Shown here piece after piece: positions 38,689 through 47,600 of a stretch of DNA of 64,000 bases. The translations under genes and the position numbers were made by a program. This DNA is from a virus (Duplodnaviria; Caudoviricetes), in IMG/VR virus record IMGVR_UViG_2895791493_000001, positions 1-64,000 of that record. The stretch is one strand, 5' to 3'. Below the pieces are notes generated by a model that saw only the letters and a list, made by a program, of their open reading frames with translations, was not told the DNA's origin and ran no database searches. Each line of letters begins with the position of its first letter. Position 1 is the first letter of the stretch.

Positions 38689-38889
38689 ATGACCGACGAG
38701 ATTCGAGCCGAGATCAAGCGCCTGATGAAGGAGAAAGGCCTCTCCCAGCGCGCCCTTGCCGAGAAACTCGGCGTGAACGAGAAGAGCCTCAGCCGCACCC
38801 TGCTCGACCGGGGGAAGCCCGCCGGCATCTGGCCGGACATCCTCGACGAGCTGGGTGTCGAACTGACCCTGAAACGCAAGGGCAGTTGA
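38689..38889 (+). CDS. Xre/Cro-like HTH regulator
   Basis: KEKGLSQRALAEKLGVNEKSLSR. Confidence 0.85.
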   Translation: MTDEIRAEIKRLMKEKGLSQRALAEKLGVNEKSLSRTLLDRGKPAGIWPDILDELGVELTLKRKGS

Positions 38890-38897
38890 CGACCAGA

Positions 38898-38920
38898 GGG
38901 AGCCGCACGGCTCCCCCTTT
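38898..38920 (+). terminator. intrinsic terminator
   Basis: GGGAGCCG-CA-CGGCTCCC then CCTTT. Confidence 0.6.
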
Positions 38921-38964
38921 CCTTCGTGTTCTGGGCCTGATACCGGGCCTGATTCTGTGTGGCG

Positions 38965-39876
38965 TCAGTAGTTCAGCCGTTTCAGGGCTCCCACCACAGT
39001 CTGTGCGGCCAGGAGCTGCCCGGCATCGTTCAGGTGGATGCCGTCGAACCGCAGTGCCTCCGGCACCGTATCGTCCGCTGCGGTTCCCACCAGCGCGGCG
39101 CGGACATCCACGAACCGCTCCCCGAATGCTGAGGCCAGAGCGACGTTCGTCCGCTGGATCGCCGCGTGCGCATTCGTACCACGCACCTCGCCGCGTCCGT
39201 TCAGCACGCTCAGCACGATGTACCTCGGCGTTTTCAGCGTGGCGACGATGGCCCGCACATCCTGCACGACCGTGTCCGTCTGCGCGTAATTGTTCCGGCC
39301 CGCCCAGATGATCGTCGTGTGCGTAGGACGCTCCCCCAGCGGTACGGCCAGCGGGTACACGCCTGGGTTGATTGCCGCGCCGGCGGCGGCCCGCTGGAAC
39401 ACGTACGGCTGCGCAGCGTTCAGGCTGCCGTCCGGGTTGTGGTTGCTGTGCACGAGCGTCCCAGTCACCCCGCCCACCGTGACCGTCAGGCGGCGGTCGT
39501 TGCCCGCCCCGTCGAGCAGGCGGACGGACGGGATAACCTCCACGCTGCCGCTCTGCGGGAGGCCGCCAGGGGCCGCGACCGTGACGGGCAGCGCGCCCAC
39601 GCGGGCCGCAATGGCGGTGCTGGTCGTGCCGCCCTGAGCGTCCACCACGACCGTCCGTCCGGTGAGCGTCCGCACGTGCGTGTAGATCCGGGTGGCCTCG
39701 CTGGTTGCGCCCGCGCCGATGGTCAGGCTGTCCCCGATCATCCAGATCGGGCTGGGCGCGACGACGGGCACAGGGGCAGGAGTGGGTACGGGGGCGGAAA
39801 CAGGTGCAGGCGCAGGGGTGACGCTGCCCGCGCAGGAGGCGAGCAGCAGGGTCAGGACGGGGAGAAGGCGGGCCAT
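38965..39876 (-). CDS. SGNH/GDSL hydrolase lipoprotein
   Basis: LLAS|C lipobox, Pro-rich linker, GDSL, GRNN, DGIH. Confidence 0.88.
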   Translation of the reverse strand: MARLLPVLTLLLASCAGSVTPAPAPVSAPVPTPAPVPVVAPSPIWMIGDSLTIGAGATSEATRIYTHVRTLTGRTVVVDAQGGTTSTAIAARVGALPVTVAAPGGLPQSGSVEVIPSVRLLDGAGNDRRLTVTVGGVTGTLVHSNHNPDGSLNAAQPYVFQRAAAGAAINPGVYPLAVPLGERPTHTTIIWAGRNNYAQTDTVVQDVRAIVATLKTPRYIVLSVLNGRGEVRGTNAHAAIQRTNVALASAFGERFVDVRAALVGTAADDTVPEALRFDGIHLNDAGQLLAAQTVVGALKRLNY

Positions 39877-39941
39877 ACAGGCACCGTAGGAGGGTTCTGG
39901 CGGCCGCGTTGCCTCACATGACGCAGCTGGACCTTCATTAA

Positions 39942-40787
39942 CTACAGCCCGAACGCGGCGCGGTTGTTCGCCCAGTCGCTCGCCACAACAGTGGCAGGGG
40001 TGCGACCGCTCAGGATCAGGTCCTCCTGGAGGCTGCGGTAGTACCGGAGGTTCGTGGCGAACCCCGTGCCGTTCGCACCACCCGTGAACGCCCCAATGGC
40101 GTTGTTCCGGGTGCTGTTGAATAGCGCCGTCGTGCCCGTGATGGTCTGGGTCTTGATGCTCACGCCGTTGCGGTACAGGGTGACCACGGTGTCCGCTCCG
40201 CTGACCGCCGTGCTCATGGCGAGTTGCACGGGCATCCCCAGCACGAACGCAGTCGGGTCCACGACCTCCGTGATAGCCGTATCCGCACTGTTCCAGAGTT
40301 TCCAGCTGAACACCTGCGTCGTCTTGTTCGCCACGGCCAGCAGGAACTGACTGTTGCTGCCCGTGTTGCTGCTGCCCGCCCGCGCCCAGATGGCCGCGCC
40401 GCTGTTCGTCGGGAGACTCACCACGGTCAGCCAGATGATCTTCAGGTTCGGCCCTGTGAGCGCCGCCGGTTGCCCCTGATCGATGTACCCGACCGGGTTC
40501 GCCACCGTCTGTCCAGGCAGCACCAGGCCGCGCACGGGTGTGGTCGTTTCGGTCATGGTGGTCGGCGTGATGATCGTCGCCGTGGGCGCAGCGGTCTGAC
40601 TGGCCCGCACGAGGTTATTCAGGGTGTTTTTGCTGGCACTCGGTGCGCCGGGCGTCCAGCACGCGGCGTTGCGGACGTCGTAGAGACTGACGACGCCCGG
40701 CACGATCAGGGCGTCACGTTCAGCGAACGGCAGGCTGGGATTGTTGATGGTCAGACCGTCAATCGTGATGACACTGCTCTGGGGCAT
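39942..40787 (-). CDS. tail fibre/receptor-binding accessory protein (LamG-like beta-rich)
   Basis: Position after the tail spike; T/S/N/G-rich beta pattern. Confidence 0.55.
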   Translation of the reverse strand: MPQSSVITIDGLTINNPSLPFAERDALIVPGVVSLYDVRNAACWTPGAPSASKNTLNNLVRASQTAAPTATIITPTTMTETTTPVRGLVLPGQTVANPVGYIDQGQPAALTGPNLKIIWLTVVSLPTNSGAAIWARAGSSNTGSNSQFLLAVANKTTQVFSWKLWNSADTAITEVVDPTAFVLGMPVQLAMSTAVSGADTVVTLYRNGVSIKTQTITGTTALFNSTRNNAIGAFTGGANGTGFATNLRYYRSLQEDLILSGRTPATVVASDWANNRAAFGL

Positions 40788-40790
40788 GGG

Positions 40791-42638
40791 CTATACACCG
40801 TCCTGTGTGAATCGGGTTTTGATGACCTGCGCCTCGGCCTGCCGTCCAGCGGCGTTCGGGTGCAGCTGGTCACCGCGCAGACTGGCGGGGATCAGGTCGT
40901 CCGTGGTGTTGGCGGCCAGGGCGCTGCGCCAGTCGATCAGGCGGTAGCGGCTGCCCAGGTAGTCGTTCAGGGCGAGGATGTTGACGTACATGGTGTTCGG
41001 GGCGTCGGTCTTGTGCTCCTGGGCGTAATCGCCGTTCGGAATACTCAGGAGGTAGACCCGGCCCGCCACGCCCCGGAGTTGCAGCGTCACGGCGTCCACG
41101 TCGGCCCGGACCGTCGTCGGGTCGGTGTAGTTGTTCCGGCCCATGCTGATGAGCACGAGTTTGTCCCGGTAGGGGGTCAGGTCCGGCACCCACAGGTCAC
41201 CATTGCTGTTCATGGTCGTGGCGCCGCCTGCCGCTACGCTGCGCGTGAACGTGTAGGCGACGGTGTAGATGCCCGCGCTGGGACTCGTGGTGGTGGCGCT
41301 CAGCGTGCCGTACACCCCGCCCAGCCACCCGGCGCGGCTGACCGGCGTGCCCAGGCCCGCGCGGGAGATCAACAGCGACGGCCCGCGCAGCAGGGTGATG
41401 GGCGCAGCGGTGACCGTGGCGGGCAGTGAGCCTCCATTCACGGTGAACCAGACGTTCGCCGCGCCCAGCCGCGCTGCGATCTCTGTACTGGTCTGCCCGC
41501 CGATGCCGTACCCGGCGCAGGTGCGGCCTGTGGCGGTGGCGATCTCTGCGGCCAGCGAGGACGTGCCGAGGCTGTCGCCGTCTACCACCACGTCCGCCAG
41601 GGGTACGTTCCGGACGCCGTTCACTCGCGCCCGCCCATCGCTGTCGAGCGTGTACCCACCGGGCAACAGCGTGTTCCCGACGTTTGGCGCAACCACTCCC
41701 CCTGGGGCGATCAGTGCGCCGTCCGTGCTGAGGGCCAGCAGCACCCGGCCTGTCTGATCCTGCACGAGAGGCGCGGCAATCTGAGCGCCATTCAGGTACA
41801 GCACATCCGGAGTGGCTGGGACGCGCAGGCCCGTCGTGCTGAGCGTGGTGATCGTCGCAGCGGCGAGGCTCAGCGCCTGCGAAAGCGTGAGGGTGATCCC
41901 GGCGAGATCATTGGCGTGCATCCCACCGGCCGCATCCCACCACACGAGAGGCCGCCCGGCGCTGTCGAGCCACGCCGCGATGACCTCAACGCCGCCGATG
42001 AACACGCCGGACGGGTACGTCACCCCACGAAACGGAGCGAGCCGCGCTTCCGTGGCAGCCGCCGTCGTGTCGTTCACATCCTGCCGGGCGTCATTCGCCT
42101 CCTGCTGCTGCGCGGTATCAGCGATGATATCGGCCACCGCCTGGCGCTCCGCCGACAGATCCAGAATGGCGTCGTTCACCCGTCCAGCGGCGGTGTTCGC
42201 CGCGGCCGCTGCCTGCTCTGCGTCGGCGGTCAGGGCCTGCAGACTGGCGGTCGTGGTGTACGCCTCCGGATCCTGATCGCGGGTCAGATCGAGCGTCCCA
42301 TCTTCGCCAGCAGCGGGCCGGAAGCGCAGCTGCTCGCTCTGGCGGCGCCCTGCCTCGTCCGTCCAGGTCAGGTCGATGTACAGCCAGCCCTGCGGCTTCG
42401 CGGCGGCGAGCACGTCGCCGCGCGCCAGGGGCAGTTCCAGCGGTCCGTCTGTGTTCGAGTTCTTCCAGCCGCTGCTGGCGGTGTCCCACTCGAAGGGGAT
42501 GCTGCCGATGCCCGCGCCGACGGGGCCGCCCAGGTAGGGGCCGTCGAAGGTCGCCTGTCCGCGCAGCGTGGCGAGGTTCGTGATCGTGGCCGGGACGCCC
42601 ACCACGGGAGTGAGCGTCGGGGTGCTGGGTTGGGTCAT
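40791..42638 (-). CDS. tail spike/receptor-binding protein with C-terminal SGNH esterase
   Basis: Putative N-terminal attachment region + coiled coil; GDSL, GRNN, DQLH. Confidence 0.8.
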   Translation of the reverse strand: MTQPSTPTLTPVVGVPATITNLATLRGQATFDGPYLGGPVGAGIGSIPFEWDTASSGWKNSNTDGPLELPLARGDVLAAAKPQGWLYIDLTWTDEAGRRQSEQLRFRPAAGEDGTLDLTRDQDPEAYTTTASLQALTADAEQAAAAANTAAGRVNDAILDLSAERQAVADIIADTAQQQEANDARQDVNDTTAAATEARLAPFRGVTYPSGVFIGGVEVIAAWLDSAGRPLVWWDAAGGMHANDLAGITLTLSQALSLAAATITTLSTTGLRVPATPDVLYLNGAQIAAPLVQDQTGRVLLALSTDGALIAPGGVVAPNVGNTLLPGGYTLDSDGRARVNGVRNVPLADVVVDGDSLGTSSLAAEIATATGRTCAGYGIGGQTSTEIAARLGAANVWFTVNGGSLPATVTAAPITLLRGPSLLISRAGLGTPVSRAGWLGGVYGTLSATTTSPSAGIYTVAYTFTRSVAAGGATTMNSNGDLWVPDLTPYRDKLVLISMGRNNYTDPTTVRADVDAVTLQLRGVAGRVYLLSIPNGDYAQEHKTDAPNTMYVNILALNDYLGSRYRLIDWRSALAANTTDDLIPASLRGDQLHPNAAGRQAEAQVIKTRFTQDGV

Positions 42639-42646
42639 GGATCTCC

Positions 42647-43078
42647 TCAGATGGGGTACAGGTCAGTGCTGTCGTCGTCGTCAACGAGGTGCCAGTAGGG
42701 GTCGCGCAGGGCGAGGGTGACGGTCAGGAGGCGCGTGGTGCCGCCCCGGTAGTCCTGCACGCGCGGCTCCCCGATCAGGCCCTGCGTGATCAGGTACCGC
42801 TCCGGGTGGCGCCGCCGGTCCCGGAAGCCCGTGGCGGCCCGCAGCAGACTCAGGACGCGTCCGCTCTCGCGGTCGCAGGCGCGGACCGTGACGGCGCTGA
42901 TGTACACGCGCAACGTCAACCGGGTTTCCTTCGGGCTGCCCAGGCCGTCCACCCAGCTCAGCCCGTACGGCGTGCGGTCCTGCGTCAGGTCGCTCGACCA
43001 GGTCGGCTGGTCGTAATCCACCACCGCCGGCAGCCGCTCCCCCCACCCGGCGTTGTCGGTGCGGACTTCGAACGTCAC
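42647..43078 (-). CDS. minor tail protein (Dit-like)
   Basis: Position; C-terminal DPYW. Confidence 0.55.
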   Translation of the reverse strand: MTFEVRTDNAGWGERLPAVVDYDQPTWSSDLTQDRTPYGLSWVDGLGSPKETRLTLRVYISAVTVRACDRESGRVLSLLRAATGFRDRRRHPERYLITQGLIGEPRVQDYRGGTTRLLTVTLALRDPYWHLVDDDDSTDLYPI

Positions 43079-44682
43079 ATCGGACCTCGCGTGTTCACGG
43101 CCTGCGAGACCGCCTGCTGGTCCTGGCGGTCCACCACGACCTTCAGCACCTGAGCGTCATACGATTCGTCCGGCTGGCCGATCATGTACTCCGTTCGCAT
43201 CGGCTCGCGGATCAGGTACCGGACCCCCACGACCTTCTCCGTGATGTCCGCGCGGCCGGGGCGCTGGACGGTCAGCGTGCCGGGTTGATCCTGGATGCCC
43301 GACACGCTGGCGATCCCCACGTGCTGGCTGGGCACCCTGTAGAGCTGTTCTGCGCTGGCGTCAAGCAACTCCCGGTCCAGGCGCTTGGCAATCAGCTCCG
43401 TCGCAGTCCCGGCAGTGTCGCCCGAGATGTTCCACAGGTCGAAACGCCGGTATCCGGCACTGACGACCAGTTCCTGCCAGTAGTTGGTGCGGATCACGGT
43501 GTCGCCGCCGCCCAGGAAGTCGTTCCCCAGGTAGGTGTCATCCAGGTCGTAGAAGTCCATCTGCAGCGTGCCGGGCGCGGAGATGACTCCCGCCCATTCC
43601 AGCCAGTCCGCGTCCATGGCGGTCGTGTACGTCAGGTGGCTGCCGTTCAGCGGTACGCCGCCAGTGGTGGCCGAGTCGCGCAGTTTAGTAATTTCGCTCT
43701 CGCTCAGCGGGGTGGCCGTCCCGCCTGGAGGCGTGAGCGTGTATGTCCCGCCGAGCACCTGCACGACACTGGGAGCGCTCCGTTGATCGATGTACCGCGT
43801 GACGCTGCTGCGGCCCAGTTCCGCGATGCGCGGGTGCTGGCTCTCGTACACGATCTCGCGGGGCGCGATGCGGGACGGGTCGCGGGGGTCGCCTGGCAGT
43901 CGCCAGATCCACCGGACGGCGGTCAGCAGCCCCTCGCTGACGACCTCCTTCAACTGGATGCGCACGCCGGTCATGGCGGCGTTCACCGTAACGACGTTTG
44001 ATGGCGGTGGCCCGATCCACACGCGGTCGTCCGCGCGGACGGTCCAGCCCCATCCGCTTTTCAGGGCCAGGAGGCCGTCGAGTGCGGCCGCGACACTCTC
44101 CCCGTTGTGCTGCCGCTGCCCCAGCACCCCCGAGTCCGGCAGGCTGGTTGCGGTGTAGGTGAGGTGTGGCAGGTCGGCGCGCGCGTCGTCGATCACTCCG
44201 CGCATCTGCTCGCTGATCTCAGTGCCGAAGTTGATGTAGTTCACGCGCGTGACCGGGATCTCTTTGAGTCGGAGGTACTTGTCGCCCACCGCTTCCCACT
44301 GCCCGTTGAGTTCGTCGGGGCGCCGGGTCAGGGTGCCGCTGAACACGGTGCGCCAGTCTCCTGGGGTCGCCGTGTCGGCCACGTCGACCCAGACGCGAGC
44401 GCGGTCGCGGTCCGGGCCGGTGAGGCCCTGCCAGGTGACGTCCTTGCATCCTCCCCACTCGTCGAGCGTGATGGTGAGTCCCGCGCTGGCCACCTGCGCC
44501 TGCGTGGCGGTGATGGTGTCGAGGGGGGCGCTGGTGGCCGGGTGGCCGAATCGGAATCTCCACATGGTGACGGCCTCCTGGGTAGGTGTGACCTGCCAGT
44601 CGTGACCGGCGGGCGGGGTGGGGTGCGGCGCGCAGGCCGCCAGGATGACGGCCAGCAGCGCCAGCAGGAATCGTTGGATCAT
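43075..44682 (-). CDS. baseplate hub/tail protein with in-frame N-terminal lipoprotein leader (second start at 44565)
   Basis: Follows the tape measure; LAA|C lipobox; two SD-equipped ATGs. Confidence 0.7.
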   Translation of the reverse strand: MIQRFLLALLAVILAACAPHPTPPAGHDWQVTPTQEAVTMWRFRFGHPATSAPLDTITATQAQVASAGLTITLDEWGGCKDVTWQGLTGPDRDRARVWVDVADTATPGDWRTVFSGTLTRRPDELNGQWEAVGDKYLRLKEIPVTRVNYINFGTEISEQMRGVIDDARADLPHLTYTATSLPDSGVLGQRQHNGESVAAALDGLLALKSGWGWTVRADDRVWIGPPPSNVVTVNAAMTGVRIQLKEVVSEGLLTAVRWIWRLPGDPRDPSRIAPREIVYESQHPRIAELGRSSVTRYIDQRSAPSVVQVLGGTYTLTPPGGTATPLSESEITKLRDSATTGGVPLNGSHLTYTTAMDADWLEWAGVISAPGTLQMDFYDLDDTYLGNDFLGGGDTVIRTNYWQELVVSAGYRRFDLWNISGDTAGTATELIAKRLDRELLDASAEQLYRVPSQHVGIASVSGIQDQPGTLTVQRPGRADITEKVVGVRYLIREPMRTEYMIGQPDESYDAQVLKVVVDRQDQQAVSQAVNTRGPM

Positions 44683-47600
44683 CGGAAGGCTCCTCGGTAG
44701 TTGCCGCTGCTGTCGATCAGGGGGATGCCGTCGCGCATCAGGCGTTCGAGCGCGTCGATGTGTCGGGTCAGGACCTCGCCGTGCCTGGTCAGGATCACCT
44801 CGTGCCGCATGTACATGGCGTCGATGCGGGTGACGGTGGCGTCGAACAGGTCGATCTTGCTGCTGTTCGCCACGATGAACGTCGCGCCGGTGACGGGGCT
44901 GCTGGCGGCATTGGCGGCGGTGCCGCCGTCCTCCGCTCCGGCGCCGTACCCCTCGAGTCCGCTGAGGGCGTCCTGGGCGGTTCCGGTCACGGCCTTGATT
45001 TCGGCGCGCAGGTCCGCCATCTCGCTGTCGCCGGATTCCCCTCGAGCCCGCGCTTCCGCGTAGGCCTTGCTGAGGGCCGCGACCTTGCTCTGCGCCAGGA
45101 TGCCCTGGATCACGAGGCGGGCCGCGAACTGGTTCAGGCCCCGCTCGATCTTCTCGCTGACCTTGCTGAAGTCCCCCATGTCGAACCCTTCCAGGAGGCT
45201 GGATTCGAAGGTGTTCCCCAGCTCGCTGCCAAGCTGATCGAAGATCGTGGCGGCCTTGATCTTGAATTTCGCGGTCGCTTCGTCCAGCATCTTCGGCCCG
45301 CCGCCCGTGATCCCCCACCACGCCCGCTGGTACCACTTGCTGTTCGCCATCTGGTCCCGCGCGTTCGCGTCCGCCTGCAGGTCCTTGTAGTACGGGTTCT
45401 CCAGCCACCCGTTGTACTTGGCCTGCCCGGCCGCCTCGCGTTGCAGCTTGGCGACTTCGGCGAGGTCCTTCTTCCAGGCCTTCATGTCGGGGCTGAGATT
45501 CTCGAACGCGTCCCCGATGTTCATCAGCCATTCGACTGTGGTCATGGCCATCCCGACGAAGTCGCCGGCGAGGAACTGCCCGAACGCCTCGACGCCCAGC
45601 TGCGCGTTCTTCACGAGGTACCCGATGACGTTGCCGTCGTCCCCCTCGGTGAACTTCCCAAGGATGGCGCCGGCCTTGTTGATGTAGCCGTTCAGGGACT
45701 GGAGTTCCTGCTGCTGCAACTGCTCGCGACTGGCGACCCCGTCGGCGGCGGCCTGGGTGCGGGCGTTCTCCAGGCGTTGCTGCGCGGCCCTGTACGCGGG
45801 AGTGCCTTCGACGAGACCTTCGATCTCACGTTCGAAGGTCCGCTGCGCCCCTTCCACCGTGAGGCGTTCGCGTTCGTTGATGTACTGGCGTTCGCTGATC
45901 AGGCGCTGGGCGCGCCGCTGCTCCAGCCCCTGGGCCGCACCGTCGGCCACGGCGTCCTCCAGGTCACGGGTGCCCTTCACGGTGTCATCCACGAGGGAGA
46001 GCAGTCGTTTGGCCGTCTCGTCTCCCGCGTCGGCCAGCACCTGCAGCTCGGCGCGGACTGCTGCCAGACCAGCGCGGAACCCGTCCATGCCCATCTCTCC
46101 GGCCGCGAACCCGTCCATCAGGGCGGTGAGGGTCTCCACGGCCGGCGTGCGCGCTTCGTCCATCGCGGCGATTTCCTGCCCCGCCTGATGGAATTCACGC
46201 CACCCGGCCGTGATGGCCTGGATCTGGTCCGGTTCGAGTCCGCTGGCGGTCAGCAGGGCGTTCAGTTCGTCCCACGGGAGGGTCAGGACGTTCTGAATGG
46301 CGTTCTCCAGGTCGAAGTAACTTTCGGCGGCGTCCTCGGCGGGCACGCCGATGCCGCGGACTTCCGCGTCGGTGGGGAACGCCTCGGTGGTGGTGGCGTT
46401 CCCGTCGGCGTCGATGCCCTGGCGTTGGCTCATCGCGCCGCTGGCCAGCAGCCCGTCCGTGATGGCGTTCGCCTGGTCGTTCAGGTACTCGCGCATCAAC
46501 TTCACTAGCGGCGTCTCGCCGGTTCCGCTGGGGTCAAGTTCGTCGAGGATGGCCTGCACTTCCGCGAGGTTCAGGGCGTCCATGCGGTCCCGCAGGGACT
46601 GCGCCTCGGCGTCCGTGAGGTTCCCGGTGGCCGGGTCGTCCGGATCCAGGGACGCCACGTCCGGCACGCCCCGCCCCTGCAGGTTGTCCGGCAGTTGCGG
46701 GCCGGTGTCGATGCTGTCGTAGATGGCGTCCCACGCCGCCTGGAGGCGTTCGGCCTCGTCGGCCGCTAGGCCGGACTGCTGGATCAGGTCGGCGAGTTCG
46801 GAGCGGCTGAACTGCCCGACCACGTCGATCGCGGCGCCCAGGTCGTAGTAGCTGTCGGCGGCGTCCTCTGCGGCGACGCCGATGCCGCGCACCTCCTCCT
46901 CGGTCTTGTACAGCAGCTCCCCGGTGTTGGGGTCGACGATCGCGCCCCCGTTGGTGAGCATCCCCATCCGGAACGTCGCCTCTTCGGCCGCGCCGACCAG
47001 CCCCCAGACGCTCTTACGGGCGCCCGTGATGTACTGGTCGGTGTCCAGCCCGGCGACTTTCGCGGCGCGGCCCAGCGCGTTGAATTCCTTCACGGCCTTC
47101 TGGCGAGCCTCGGCGTCGAACGTGCCCGCCTCGGCCTGCTGACGGATGCTGTCCGCCAGCTGCGAGTACTGGCCGCGCAGGTCCCGCACGGCCTGCGCCT
47201 CCTTCTCGCGGGCCTGGGTGGTGGTCTGGGTGCGGGCGCCGCCCGCTTCGAGGACAGCCTGATCGTAGGCGCGGTTCGCGGCGGCTTCCCGTCCGGGCCG
47301 CAGCTGGGCTTCCCCGTTGCGGGCGTCGGCCAGGGCCTTGTCGCGCGTGGCGGCCGCCACCCGGATCCGGGCGGCTTCCTCGTCGCGCGCCTGCCGCTCG
47401 ATCAGGGCCAGGCGCTGGGCGCTCGTGCCCTTGAACACCGCGAGTTCCTGCTGGTTCAGTTCGCGGGTGCGGGCGAGCGCGTCGGCGGCCTGCTGAATGC
47501 TCATCTGCCGGAGTTCGTTGGCGATCCGGGCGCGCAGCGCGGCCTGTTCCTCCGCTCGGCGCTTGGCCTCCGCCGCAGCTCGCTCGGCGTCGCGATCAGC

